Below, one piece after another: positions 1 to 14,127 of a stretch of 64,000 nt of DNA. Source of the DNA: Eledone cirrhosa (lineage: Eukaryota). The notes under the pieces are model-generated. The model was not told the DNA's origin. It saw only the letters and a list, made by a program, of their open reading frames with translations, and ran no database searches. Position numbers and translations under genes: made by a program. The stretch is from the NCBI GenBank assembly GCA_964016885.1, contig OZ024746.1:81406001-81470000 (forward strand), written 5' to 3'. Numbering within the stretch: the first letter of the stretch is position 1; the number at the start of each line of letters is the position of its first letter.

Positions 1-172
1 TCGGTAAAGGGTCGGACGCCATGCTTTGCAGCACAGTTACGTCCCTTTATGGTCTGAGTTCAAATCCCGCCGAGGTTAACTTTGCCTTTCATCCTTATGG
101 GGTCGATAAAATAAAGTACCAGTAATACACTGGGATAATTGCTGGCCTTGTGCCAAAAGTAGAAACAATTAT
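1..172 (+). mobile_element. tRNA-derived SINE family S1 (Meta-domain-like core), 5' cut by window edge
   Basis: B-box-like GAGTTCAAATCC plus core TTTGCCTTTCATCCTTAYGGGGTCGATAAAATAAAGTACCAG repeated ~25 times in window. Confidence 0.85.
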
Positions 173-173
173 A

Positions 174-222
174 TTTGTCTGATGAGGACGTACTGTTGTA
201 CCTCTGAAATATGTATAATAAA
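174..222 (+). ncRNA. Minimal type-I hammerhead ribozyme, family A
   Basis: stem I TTTGT/ATAAA, CTGATGA 179-185, stem II GGAcGTAC/GTACcTCT, GAAA 206-209, quasi-palindromic stem III ATATGTAT, cleavage triplet AUA; homologous to 55751-55813. Confidence 0.7.
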
Positions 223-963
223 ATTTAATTGATCAAAAGAACATCTATTTTATTAATATTTGTATTTTAATATATACATGAATATATAAACATTGTACAT
301 ATATATATTGTACATATATACATTGTACATATATACATTGTACATATATATATATTGTACATATATACATTGTACATATATGCGTGTGTGTATGAATATA
401 ACATACATAAAGAGAGAGGAAAAAGAAAAGTGGTGCGGTGGAGACAGACATGGCATGGATAGGCGTACAAGTTAGAAAGGCAGGCAAGATGAAAGGGAGG
501 GGGGGAGGGGGTCAGAGAAATGGAAAGAGAGGAAAATGGAGGGGAGGGGGGGGGGGTAGAAAAAGAGTGGAAAGAAAATAGAAGAAAAATAAGAAAGCAT
601 AGAGAGGAAGAGAAAAGAGAAAAGACACATCAAAAGGAGCGCGGCAAATTAGAAAGGTAGTCGGAGAGAGAGAGGGGGGGGAGAAAGAGAGAGAAAGAGG
701 ATTAGAGAGATAATCTATCTATCTATCGATCTTTCTATCTATTTATTTATCTATCAATCTATTTATATACATGTAAAATTTATAATATAATACAATATAT
801 AATATAATATAATATATAATATAATATAATATAATATATATATTTATATATATATATATTTGTGTGTGAGTGTGAGAGGGAGAGGGTGAAACAGAGGGAG
901 AGAAAGAGGTAGATAGATAGATAGATAGAGAGATAGAGGGAGAGAGCGAGAGAGAGAGAGAAG

Positions 964-1014
<51 letters not shown>

Positions 1015-1053
1015 GTAGATAGATAGCTATATATATATATATATATATATATA

Positions 1054-1280
<227 letters not shown>

Positions 1281-1289
1281 GATATATAG

Positions 1290-1333
<44 letters not shown>

Positions 1334-1337
1334 GTAG

Positions 1338-1368
<31 letters not shown>

Positions 1369-1665
1369 ATGAGAGAGAGAGAGATGGGGGGGTTAGTGAA
1401 TACATATATAATAAGTGCTACATTTTAGAGACAGCTATGAAATCACCGAAGGCAATTCCTTGTTCTACTGAAACAGAATTAGGACAGTAGAAACTAATGT
1501 ATGTATTAACAAAAACACTAAATGACAAAACAAAACAAACAACTGCAGATATCAACTAGAATTAAGATAACAATAGCAACAGTAACAACAATAATAACAA
1601 CACACATCAACTCTTGTTAGCTATCATCGAACACGCAAAGTTCATCCGTTTTCAGGTGACTTGAT

Positions 1666-1785
1666 ATACTACTACAACTGCTACTGCTACTGCTACTACT
1701 ACTACTACTGCTGTTGCTGCTGCTACTGCTGCTACTGTTGCTACTACTGCTACTGCTACTACTACTACTGTTGCTACTACTGCTA

Positions 1786-1838
<53 letters not shown>

Positions 1839-1990
1839 GCTACTACTGCTACTGCTACTACTACTACTACTGCTGCTGCTGTTGCTGCTACTGCTACTAC
1901 TACTACTACTACTACTGCTGCTGCTGTTGCTGCTACTGCTACTACTACTACTACTACTACTGCTGCTGTTGCTGCTGCTGCTGCTACTGT

Positions 1991-2036
<46 letters not shown>

Positions 2037-2097
2037 GCTGCTGCTGCTACTACTACTACTACTGTTGCTACTACTGCTACTACAACTGCTACTGCCG

Positions 2098-2165
<68 letters not shown>

Positions 2166-2391
2166 GTCGCTACTACTGCTGCTGCTGTTACTTCTACTAC
2201 TGTTGCTACTACTACTGTTGCTACTACTACTACAACAACTGCTACTACTACTACTGTCGCTACTACTGCTGCTGCTACTACTACAACTGCTATTACTACT
2301 ACTACTGCTACTACTACTACTACTATCGCTACTACTGCTGCTGCTGCTACTACTACTAGTGTTGCTACTACTACTGTTGCTACTACTACTA

Positions 2392-2424
<33 letters not shown>

Positions 2425-2599
2425 GTTGCCACTACTATTATTTCTACTACTACTACTAATACTAGTATTGCTACTACTGCTGTTGCTCCTCCTCCTACTA
2501 CTACTACTACTACTACCAGGACCACGACCACCACCAACACTACCGCTACTACTACTACTACTACTACTATCAGGACCACGACCACCACCAACACTACCG

Positions 2600-2640
<41 letters not shown>

Positions 2641-2641
2641 G
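1666..2641. repeat. Compound (CTA)n/(CTG)n trinucleotide microsatellite
   Basis: direct reading; source of poly-S/L/Y/T ORFs. Confidence 0.95.
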
Positions 2642-2981
2642 TTTTGATCAATTTAATATTCTAAAATTGTTCTACTTAACTAACAACACACACACACACA
2701 CATACACACACTCCCAACTTAAACCTCACGTACGAACACACATACAAACGAACACACGCATACAAACACAAAAACACATACGTAATGAACACGTAAACAT
2801 ATAAACACGCACACTCTTCTCTGTCTCTCTCTTTCACTCACCTCTCTCTCTCTCTCACTCTCTCTCTGTCATTCAAACATTTATTTCAACACAAACTTTC
2901 AAATGTTTTTAAACTAACAACCGATAGATGAATACAAATTTTCAAATAATGTAAATATAGATGTGCACTGTACGTGTATGT

Positions 2982-3067
<86 letters not shown>

Positions 3068-3141
3068 ATATATATATATGTGTGTATGTGTGTGTATACA
3101 TATAGATATATAGATATATACACACGCTTACATATATATAC

Positions 3142-3200
<59 letters not shown>

Positions 3201-3201
<1 letters not shown>

Positions 3202-3427
3202 GTTATTCCGGGTTGAATCGGAGGTAACCACAGTAAGTAAGGTACTCAATACATTGCAGAGTATAAAAGTTTTAATATAGATGAGATTCTACAGGACTAG
3301 AACTGTTTCATTCTTTAGAAATCATCAGGAGTCTCCTGATGATTTCTAAAGAATGAAACAGATTCCTGATGATTTCTAAAGAATGAAACAGTTCTAGTCC
3401 TGTAGAATCTCATCTATATTAAAACTT
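3201..3427. mobile_element. Family B foldback element with hammerheads on both strands
   Basis: tail 3201-3266, inverted arms ~3268-3330 / 3364-3427, HHR on minus 3283-3335 and on plus 3360-3410, duplicated core 3336-3361; (TA)n both sides. Confidence 0.85.
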
Positions 3428-3484
3428 ATATATATATATATATATATACAGTATGTATTATGTGTATGTGTGTATATTAGTATT

Positions 3485-4640
3485 ATTCTGAGAGAGTAGT
3501 GAGGCAGAGTCCTCAAACACTCCGCCAGCGGTTCCTGTCAGAAGCAACCGATTCTAAATAATCCGGCTGGATCCCTACGCGAGTCCAGCCAAACTCATAG
3601 ATATTATCCAACCCATCTTACTTGGGGTCTATCCCGGGGACTCTTGCCAGTTAGTTTTGCCTATAAAATCTGTCCAGTGATTCTTTCCTGATACATTCTA
3701 ACCACACGCCCATGCTACCGGAGCTGTGATCTCCCAATTCGGAGAAGTAGGGCTCTACTTGGAGTGACTCTCTGGTCTCCGAGTTACGCACTCTATTGAG
3801 TAACGTTACTCTACAGACTCTTTGGAAGAACCTCATTCGGCTGCTTGTATTTGCGATCGTATTCTTTCGGTCATTACCCAAGATTCATGACCATAGAAAA
3901 GGATTGGCACGGATACCGAATTGAAGATAATGAATTTGGCTTTTACACCAAGCTCCCTTCTTCTGATTACCGAATGCTGAAACTGGTGTGTTACTGCACC
4001 AGCTCCTGCAATTCTTGCACGTAATTCTTCCTCCTGCCTTCTATCCCTCGTGAACATAGCCCCGAGATACTTGAACTTCTCCACCTACTTCAGTGGAACT
4101 CCAATCACATGTAGCGTGCACTGTGCTAGGTTCCTTAAGGGGACGAGTGTCTCAGTTTTCACAGCACTGATTTTCATTTTAGCTATGCTGCACTCAGCAT
4201 CAAACCTATCAAATGCAAGTCGAAGATCATCTTCTATGAGTTAAGTAACAACATGTCGTCTGCAAATTCCAGTCGACTGATTTTACACCCACCAATCGTG
4301 ACACCACTTCCAACCCGGCTGCGCATGTCAATCCTGTTTATGAAAATAATTGTTTCTACGTTAGGCACAAGGCCAGCAATTAACCAGTGTATTACTGGTA
4401 CTTTATTTTATCGACCCCGTAAGGATGAAAGGCAAAGTTAACCTCTTATGAAAATAATGAACTTGGGAGGTGACAGTACGCACCATTGTTGGAGTCGGAC
4501 ACCCACATTGAATGGTTTCGATTTAGCACCATTTATTCGAACACATATACTCGGACATCAGAGCAGCAAGAAGCTGACCATCGATCCCCTACTCCTGTAC
4601 AACCTTCCATAGCATGTCCCGAGGTTCGCAAAACAAGAAT
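3485..4640 (-). mobile_element. Decayed RTE-clade LINE 3' portion (RT C-terminal region)
   Basis: peptides EKFKYLG...RARIAGA...VPILFYGHESWVMTERIRSQIQAAE and NVGVRLQQWCVLSP; frameshifted; same family as 11135 and 29340. Confidence 0.85.
4351..4445 (-). mobile_element. 5'-truncated S1 SINE inserted in the RTE
   Basis: 13-bp TSD TTATGAAAATAAT at 4338-4350 and 4446-4458. Confidence 0.85.
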
Positions 4641-4756
4641 TTACCTGTTGGTAATGCTCCAACGAGCGCCTGCCACAGTGTGAATATTTTGTCATACTAA
4701 TTTGCATATGATTAGCGGATAAATAGTAAGAAGTGCGTTAGCAGTCAAAGTTTAAG

Positions 4757-5030
4757 ATAAAGTTATATCGGTATAAATAGTGTGTGTAACCGAGACTACA
4801 CCACCGTGTATAAATATAAACACATATCTATGAACGATTGGTTATATATACATATAATATACATGTTTCGTGTGGTTGATTGGATGATATACGCTTCTTC
4901 TGATGAGGATCCAATAAGAAATTCGTATTTTCTGGCATGTTTACATGTCTACATATTAGATATGTGTATATATTTATACAAACACGTTCGCGTAGTCTCG
5001 GTTGCACACTCTACACCGATATAGCTTTAT
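4757..5030. mobile_element. Old foldback element with decayed hammerhead parts
   Basis: imperfect inverted arms 4757-4830 / 4957-5030; CTGATGA at 4900, GAAACATGTA on minus at ~4860-4869; ends in (TA)n. Confidence 0.5.
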
Positions 5031-5056
5031 ATATATATATATATATGCACCACCCC

Positions 5057-5442
<386 letters not shown>

Positions 5443-5640
5443 GTAATAATAATAAATTTGAAGACTAAAATCCAAAGAGGGCTCGATAAGGATAAATATA
5501 TATCAAATATATAAGAACCGTAGAGCAAATATTTATTAAAATAACAGATTAAAGTTTAAGCAAAGAATGGCTGCTTTCACCCTTAAGAGTGAAAGCAGCA
5601 ATTCTTTGCTTAAACTTTAATCTGTTATTTTAATAAATAT
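5443..5640. mobile_element. Family D foldback element
   Basis: ~85-nt tail plus hairpin 5529-5640 whose turn lies in the hammerhead stem II; homologous to 44191 and 62913. Confidence 0.75.
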
Positions 5641-5992
5641 ATATATATATATATATGCGTGTGGAATATATCGATTAACAGAATCGACTAGAAGGTTCCA
5701 TAAATAAGGGTTTGGAGAGTGGTATAATTTAATGCAATATTTTGTAGGCTAACCGAATGAAAGAAATTCCCAATATATATATTAAAATAAATGTATTTAC
5801 ATCAAAGAAGAGTAATTCTTGTTATCTAAGAACACAAAAACCATTATATTCATTTGGGTCTTAAATTGTTATTGTGCAGATGGATACACAGTCTGTTGTG
5901 AAGTGTCAAAACTTTCGTCGCACTTCTGCGAGCTGGTCACTCGCACTACCAAGCAAGTACAAGTTTAGAAAGTATGTTTATTTTAGTGTATA

Positions 5993-6101
5993 TAATTATT
6001 TCTACTTTTGGCACAAGGCCAGCAATTATTCCAGTGCATTACTGGTACTTTATTTTATCGACCCCGTAAGGATGAAAGGCAAAGTTAACCTCGGCGGGAT
6101 T
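5993..6101 (-). mobile_element. S1 SINE, 5'-truncated
   Basis: reverse-complement core motif. Confidence 0.8.
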
Positions 6102-6121
6102 AGTGTATATAATCTCAGGTG

Positions 6122-6290
6122 TGAAGGTATATGGCTTAGTGTTTAGTGAACTCGACTACCGGCAATACGTTGTGTCCTTGAGCAAGACACTTTATTTCAC
6201 CTTGTTCCAGTCCACTCAGGCGGAAAAAAATGAGTTATAATTCAAAGAATTCAAAGAACCTGCCTTGTTACACTCTGTGTCACTACATTG
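6122..6290 (+). mobile_element. tRNA-derived CORE-like SINE family S2
   Basis: TGGCTTAGTG A-box-like, TTGTGTCCTTGAGCAAGACACTTTATTTCAC; also at 14128, 43297, 7075. Confidence 0.65.
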
Positions 6291-6339
6291 TTGAAATTAC
6301 TTTCGTTACAAGGTAGCTTAAAAATATATCCCAAACCAA

Positions 6340-6720
6340 TATCAGGGCTTGATTATTGCATTTGTGGATCTGTCAAAATGTTTTGACACCATGTGGGATA
6401 ACTTAAAACTCAATAAAAGATGGGCCTTATAGTTAAAGTCCAAGAAACTAAGGCCATGAGTTAACAGCACATTACACTGCCCTCAATCTTCCCCATTTTT
6501 TCAACACAACAATAATTAGCCACACCCTCCTAATTCATATACTTAGACAGCATCATTTCCAGTGACTGCATACTAGATGAGGAGATACTAAACTGGGTAT
6601 GACTGACCTCTGTAATAGAGTCTTTCAAAACAACTATTCCAGTCTCCATTTCAGGAACCTCATCCACCGCAGAGTCTGTTCCCACTTTCTTGTATGGATT
6701 TGATATGTGCAGCCATCAAA
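6340..6720 (+). mobile_element. Highly decayed RTE-like RT fragments
   Basis: LIIAFVDLSKCFDT and FIYLDSIISSDCILDEEI motifs. Confidence 0.5.
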
Positions 6721-7858
6721 AAATCCACAAATGAAGATGATCCTCATCGGATTCGATGAATAGCTATAAGCATGTGTCTACATATATATATTTATTTTAT
6801 CAAATAACAAAATATTCCGTGACCTACATATATTTAACCAATAACACATGAACACAACTTAAACAAAAAATAATTTCTTCTAAGTCTGCAACTTTTAAAA
6901 TGTCCTCCCATCAACTATATTTAGATAAATATATATATCAGACTTGCACAGCCTTGAAAACAGTGAGAACCAGTTTATATTATACTCGAGGAAAACCATG
7001 TAAGTTTCAGAAAATGTCTAAATAAAGTAAATGTATATTCTGAATATTTCTATTCTAAATTATGAGCTACGATGAGTAAGGGTGTTGCGCTTACAATCAT
7101 AATGCCCTGGGTTCGATTCCCGGATTGAGTTGTGTGTTGTGTTCTTGAGCAAAACATTTGGAATGACCAAATGAGGAAAGAAACAATACAGTTAATTAAT
7201 AAGAAGAGTTGAAATGTATGCATGCAAAATTTCACAGCACTGGCATCACTCCTTCAAAGTCAGTCTATGAACTGTTCAACCGACCTTCGTAAATGTTTCC
7301 AGTTATAGCTTATTAAAACTGATAGATTGAATATAGATTGAATATCTTTCAATTCTGTATTATTAATTCCCTATACTAAAACTTTACCCTTTTCCTTATG
7401 ATACATGGTGTTGGTATTTGAAGACTTCGTTGATATAAAGAGTGTTGTTGAGTGAAAATCCCTTTGACTGAACCCATTTCTCTCCAAGGAGCAATCATGG
7501 ATGGATTAAAACTAAACACTGCAAGCTAATGAAGCAGTTAACATTTTTTTTAAAATTCAATCTTTCCTTCATCAGAATGTCTTCCTCTGGAATTCTCTCA
7601 CCAGATACATTTTGTTCCTGCAGACATTGATCTACACACGTTCAAATCGAATATCAACTACATCGATCTCACTGACAAAACCTCTTACGAGGCCGACTGA
7701 ATCTCTCCAGGTGTGAACTGTCACAAAAGTATCAAATATGTTAACACATTCATATATCAACACTAGTATAACTCTACCAGATATAGTTTTACTTGAAATG
7801 ACACTTATCAATATCATATCCACCCTCTTTTCAAGTTTTATGGATTATCATTAATTAT

Positions 7859-8046
7859 GATTGGCAGTATCGGTAGAGGCGTCGGACGCCATGCTTTAAC
7901 GCATAGAGTTACGGCCCTTGCCATTCTGAGTTCAAATCCCGCCGAGGTTAACTTTGCCTTTCATCCTTACGGGGTCGATAAAATAAAGTACCAGTAATGT
8001 ACTGGGTAATTACTGGCCTTGTGCCAAAAGTAGAAACGATTAATTA
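7859..8046 (+). mobile_element. S1 SINE
   Basis: near full-length copy. Confidence 0.85.
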
Positions 8047-8229
8047 TAAACAGAGCCAATACAGATATCGATTGAATTTTTTCTGGCTTTTAGGTGTTGT
8101 TTTTAACACCAGCTCAACTTTGGTCGAACAGGCCTATGAACAAAGGTATTTGAGCTGTGTCCATTCAATATTTTGTGAATTATAGTGTATTTGGAGTTAC
8201 ATTATCCATTGCGTACGTCCTTTTAAAAT

Positions 8230-8880
8230 ATAGTAGAAATATGGTATGATGTAAGATAGATTTGGCTGTTAATTTTAACAGGTTGTGTGAGCATGTACAG
8301 ATACCTTCATTTACTTTCATATTAAGTTTAAAGTATTGCTTCACTTTCCAAATACAGGTCCATAGCTCCACCATCTCGTGGGCTACTGTATTCATTGCAT
8401 CTGAAAAAATACTTGAAGACCTTGGTAAATTGTGGGCAGAGCTTCTACCAAACAACATTGATGTGTGTAGTCTTTCTTCATGCTAGGAAGCATCAATAGT
8501 CTTAATGGCCTTATAAATGGTATAGTTCTACGAGAACTCTCTAAGTCATTCCTCTCTCCCAATCCGTTTCCTTTACAGCGTGTGTGAAAGTTCTCCGCAG
8601 TTAGTATGCATTGAAACTAGTTACATCATTTTGATCATTAGACTAAAAAACAGAAGCAGGTGCACCGTTTTAACATTAGTGAGAAAATTGAATGATGAAA
8701 GAGCATTATCTAGAACAAACCGAACCTTGAATAGCAGGTTTTGTTGTAGCAATATGTTTCCATCACAGATACAAAAGAATAGAAAACAAAAGCAATCTTC
8801 AAAAATTACTTTTGTCATTAAGTTTAAACTTCTTCACAAGAGGAGATAAAGCTGTAAAGCTGTGAAAATGACCTTAACGC
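8230..8880 (-). mobile_element. Tigger/pogo DDE transposase fossil
   Basis: MTKVIFEDCF...NLLFKVRFVLDNA, LREFS*NYTIYKAIKTIDAS*HE, NVVW*KLCPQF resemble Tigger1/TIGD1-type motifs; stops and frameshifts. Confidence 0.7.
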
Positions 8881-10684
8881 TTTTTCAGGTGCCTGTCTGA
8901 TTAATTAACAATTATTTACATTTACATTTACACCAAGCAGGAGTCTAGTAAACCTATCATTCGATGCGTTAAATCTATCCACATACTGTTCTTGGTATTT
9001 TCTTCGAATATAGCCGTGTCTCGTCATTAACATCTGCTCTATACCCTCCATACCGTCATTAATTTCAGTTAACAATTTAGGAATCTCCGATATCGCTAAT
9101 ATGTCAGCCCTTCTTACCCCCACTTCATGTTATGTTGTTCAAATTTAAGTAAATCTTAAATCTGAGGAATCAATCGGGGTTAGATCCACACATTCTAAAT
9201 GTTTTCGTGAGACCGAGAAGCATATCATATTTAGTAAAATGGATGTTGAATTAAAAAACAATACAAAACAGAAACAAAAACCCTGTGTTCTTCTTGGGTT
9301 TGTAGGTTAATCTCTATTAAACTAATATTAGAAAGTATTCGACACAGAATTTATGTCAAAATTCTAATAGAATCAATCTTATCTCTCATCCTTCTGGAAT
9401 TCTTAGAAAATAATATCAGTTATACCTTGAGGTCGAGTCTCTATGTTGTACCTCATCCTTAACGATATTGACGTTGTGAAGTAGTGAAGACTTTTAACAT
9501 TGACTTCGTGGACCTTAATTCTATATTGTAGGGCAACTAATAAAACTGTATGAAATCATATTTCAATTTCAACATTTAATGAGCCGGTTAAACTTTTAGA
9601 AAAATCAGGCAAATCGCCTTGAAATCATACCTTACTGCCTCGGCGAAGAAGACATCGGATAATGTGTTTCTAGATGTATTGAACCTTAGAAAAGTGATCA
9701 CACCTGGGAGGTCTTTCGTAATATCAATTTAATCAACTTTTAATATCACTTATAATACTAATGTTGTAATATCAGTTTAATTAACTTTTCAAAATTACCC
9801 CTAAAAGTTGGTTTTATGTTTAATCAAATTAATTGTTATATATTATGTTTTTGCCAAATGTAAGAAGTGATCTCAAAGTTCAAATGCGAGAACGAATAGT
9901 TCCAGGATCAAATGTTTTCCTAGCTGAACTTCCACTGATAAATAAGTACCAGTAATATGTTGGATGTAAAATAATCTCTTTTACAAATATGGGTTTTCGT
10001 GCCTGATGACGAAATCATTAATATCTAATTATTTATAACTTCAGAGGAGTATTAGATGCCCTTTCCCCATTTATTTGATCCGTTTCGATTAAACAATATC
10101 ACTTGTCTTACCGTTTTGTCATAGTAACAATGGAATTCACTTGTTTCCCAGTTTGAGTAACACTACTCTAATCACATCAAATAATTTGGCTGTTATGTAT
10201 CTCTGGGTCAGCTGGCAATCTGGGAGAGTGTGACAATGGGTGTAGGGGCTAACGGTAGAAGAATCTACAAACACAAATAGAAAAATAAAAGGAAAAGGGA
10301 GAAAATAAGTAGGGGAGTGGGAATGTAAGGATGTACGAAAAAATTGGAAAAACAAATAGGCCAAATGAATTACAAATATGTAAGCAAATAGGGGACAGGC
10401 TTAAAAAGGGGGGACTGAAATTAGGTTGGTATCATACCGAGGCTGTCATTATATGTAAAGACCCAATGAAGAGTCAACATCCTTTATAGCTAATACAAAT
10501 GAAGGACATATCTTCTGAAAAATTTTGGCTGGAATCTGACAATATACACTTATATCGTTTCTTCTGCCCCTCTCCTCTGTTTTTAAAAACAGGATTGGTA
10601 CATGATTTCTAAAGCAGTTGTTATATGAATAAATAAAAGTGAAATCCTGAACCACAATATTCATCCATGGTGTTTGTACGTTTG

Positions 10685-10742
<58 letters not shown>

Positions 10743-10761
10743 CAACATATATGAGTGTGTG

Positions 10762-10799
<38 letters not shown>

Positions 10800-11134
10800 T
10801 GTGTGTGCGTGCGCGCGCGCGTGTAGATGGTAAACAGAAATAACACAGCAAACGACACAGTACATTGAAGAAATATATTAGTTTAACGCTTGAAATAGCA
10901 GGAAAAGAGTCTTAACATTTTGGACGCAAGTCCTTCATTAGAAAAGAGAGTTAAAAATAAAAGAGAAATAGAAAGAAAACAGTGAAAAGATGAAAAAACA
11001 GGGGAAAATAAAGGAAAAAGGGGGAGAAAAACACAAGTGCGTATTCAGTCAGCCATTTTAGAGATGCTGATCAAGGGGTATCTTACGTATTAGAGAGATT
11101 TGTAGGTGCGTTCGTATGTTTGAATGATGGTGCA

Positions 11135-11645
11135 GTAATGCTCCAACTTCAGTATTCGATCATTAGAAGGGAGGTAGGTGTAAAAGCCAAACTTGCTATC
11201 TTCAATTCGGTATTGGTGCTAACCCTTACCGACGGTATTGGTGCTAACCCTTACCGATGGTCATGAATCTTAGGTAATGACTAAAAAAATACGATCGCAA
11301 TTACAAGCGGCCGAAATGGGGTTCTTTGAAGTAACGTTACTCGATAGAGTGCAAAACTCGGAGATCAGTGAGTCACTCCAGGTAGAGTCGCTACTTCACC
11401 GAATTGAGAGATCACAGCTCCCATACTATGGATATGGGGCTAGAATGTCTCAGGAAAAAATCGCTGGACAGATTCTACGAGGAAAACCAACCGACAGAAA
11501 ACCCAGGGGTAAACCTCGAGCAAGATGGTTGGGGAACCAGCCGAATCAGTTGGAGACGGTTGCTTCTGATAGGACCTACTGGAATGAGTGTTTGAGGACT
11601 CTGCCCCCACAACCCTCTCAGAAATAAGTGGGCAAAGAAGAAGCT
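11135..11645 (+). mobile_element. RTE LINE 3' fragment
   Basis: IRSQLQAAEMGF...IERSQL...RKPRGKPRARW...DRTYW; (GAA) tail. Confidence 0.85.
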
Positions 11646-11842
11646 AAAAACCAGTCTAAGGGTAAACTTGAATAATGATGTTAACAGAAAAACTAACTAT
11701 TATTAGTTAAGAACCAAATATGAATAGCGCTTTGCATTATATACTCTAAATTGCAAATGGTAATTGAAATCAAAGAAACAAACATTTTTACATATATAAT
11801 ATAATATAATATAATATAATATAATATAATATTATATAATAT

Positions 11843-11899
<57 letters not shown>

Positions 11900-11901
<2 letters not shown>

Positions 11902-12098
11902 GGAAAATGTTTGACCCCGACGGCACAGCTCAAGCCGTTTCGACGGCTATTTCTGGACCCGAGTCCAGAAATAGCCGTCGAAACGGCTTCAGCTCTGCCG
12001 TCGGGGTCAAACATTTTCCTATTACCCACTCTACTACCCTAAGTATTGAGTACTCTGGTGCGTTATGGTCCATCTGGTTCCTTACCACACCTCCTTCG

Positions 12099-12100
<2 letters not shown>
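11900..12100 (+). mobile_element. Family E foldback element (half-hammerhead)
   Basis: near-perfect IR 11900-11958 / 11963-12021, tail 12022-12100, GAAA-CGGC...GCCG-TC; (TA)n both sides; 5 copies in window. Confidence 0.8.
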
Positions 12101-12140
<40 letters not shown>

Positions 12141-12365
12141 TTAAGGATACTATTTATGGTTATGTATATAATAAAACCTTATATAGTTATATATATTTTA
12201 AACCCTAAAGAGTGAAATTTTGTCCTTTAATATGAATGTATGTAAATTGCCATATTATTATATTATTATGATGGATGTCAACCCACTGTGGGTCAATATA
12301 TACATATGTTTTTATATGTCTCTTGTGTTGAAAAGGAGGTCAAGTATGTAAAAATCACTAAATAG

Positions 12366-12414
12366 TTGCTCCGAAGAATCCAAACCTCGGTTTGGAGGAA
12401 ACAATTGTAAGCAA
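12366..12414 (+). ncRNA. Hammerhead ribozyme, family I (core CCGAAGA)
   Basis: stem I TTGCT/AGCAA, stem II TCCAAAC/GTTTGGA, GAAA, palindromic stem III ACAATTGT, triplet GUA; in TA-bounded element ~12138-12452. Confidence 0.7.
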
Positions 12415-13139
12415 ATAAATGATTTAAACTGAACTTTGATTCATGTAATTTCTATATACATATATATATATATATGAAGCAGTCGTTGGCTGGAAATGCG
12501 GTCAGAACCCAATAAAACCGCTCACCCATATAATCTAGGTTATTTCAACATGAAATGGCAAAGACATTGACAGGCAGAGACGGGGATAGACCGCAGAATG
12601 GGTGCAGCAGTCTATTTATAGAATAGCACTGCGCTATCCCAGCCGTCTGTCGAACATATTAAAATAAAATAGAGAAATATATAGCTAAATAAGTCAACGG
12701 TAATCAAAGACTTTCGCAATTTGGTGAGATCGGTATCGATCTGAAGAGGGTGCTGTTCAGTTCAGATCTGTAGCCAGGTTTTGATGCTCGTAGGGGCTTC
12801 AGAAGTGTGTGGGTAGACATTCTCTCACAAGGCACGTATTTCAGGACGTTTTTATAAACTTTATTTTCTAAATCTGAGCGTGTACCATTGAAAAATAAAG
12901 GAGTAGTGCCATCTAGTGCGACCCCAACATTCTTAGCGACGGAACCTTTACTGTTATTGTTACTTTGCGTAACCCTGGTCTGGTCAAATCTCCTCGAACA
13001 GACTTTGGGTTTAAAATAGGCTATCAATCAATTGTAGTAAGCAGCCGACAGACAATCTTACGTCTTGTTTGGCAACTTGCTGTGAACTTTCTTTATCTGC
13101 AGCAGTTGAACTACAAATAAAGGAGCTTCGTGATAAAAT

Positions 13140-14073
13140 AGCTGTATTTGTCTCAGCTCTTTCTGATCTGAGTTCAAATTTTGTCATGGTCAACCTGGCC
13201 ATTCATCCTTCTGGGGTAGATAAAATAAAGTACCAGTTAAATATTTGGGTCTATATAGTCGACTTTCCCCTATCCCCAAAATTTGCTGTCTATGTGTAAA
13301 TGTTAGAAAAAATTACTTACTTGCATAGGTCAGTCGATTAGTTGAGACGAGAGAGCATCAGAGAAATGTCCCGACTCTTTACGTTCTAAATTCAAATCCC
13401 AAAGAGATCAACTCTGCCTTTCATCTTTTTGAGGTCGATAAAACAAAGTACCAGCAATAAACTTCCCACCCACAAATGTGTCTAAATTAGAAACCATTGG
13501 ATTGGCAGTATCGGTAGAGGGTCGGACGCCATGCTTTCCGGCATAGTTACATCCCTTTACGATCTGAGTTCAAATCCCGCCGAGGTTGACTTTGCCTTTC
13601 ATCCTTACGGGGTCGATAAAATAAAGTACCAGTAATGCGCTGGGTAATTGCTGGCCTTGTGCCAAAAGTAGAGACAATTATTTACTTCCATAAGGGCGGT
13701 GGGTTGGCAATATCGGTAAAGGGTCGGACGCCATGCTTTGCAGCATAGAGTTATGGCCCTTTATGATCTGAGTTCAAATCCCGCCGAAGTTAACTTTGCC
13801 TTTCATCCTTACGGGGTCGACTAAATAAAGTACCAGTCACGCACTGAGGTCGATTTAAATCGACTTTCCCCTCTTCCCAAATTGCTGGCCTTGTGCCTAT
13901 ATAAGAAACCATTATTTACTGGCTTTGACGCATAGAGTTACGGCCCTTGCCATTCTGAGTTCAAATCCCGCCGAGGTTAACTTTGCCTTTCTTCCCTACG
14001 AGGTCGATAAAATAAAGTACCAGTAATGCACTGGATAATTGCTGGCCTTGTGCCAAAAGTAGAAACAATTATT
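13140..14073 (+). mobile_element. Cluster of five head-to-tail S1 SINEs
   Basis: copies ~13140-13315, 13370-13495, 13499-13683, 13694-13915, 13921-14073. Confidence 0.85.
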
Positions 14074-14127
14074 TACTGGCATAAGACAAATTACTTGCTT
14101 CGTCTATATTCATGATGTTGCTGCTTG

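Noticed and set aside
1617-2664. Poly-S/L/C/Y ORFs
   Set aside because: Trinucleotide microsatellite open in several frames.
10908-10945. Hammerhead-like motif on minus strand (CTAATGA-AGGAC..GTCC-AAAA)
   Set aside because: Both core boxes mutated; probably a decayed copy, not supportable as a ribozyme.
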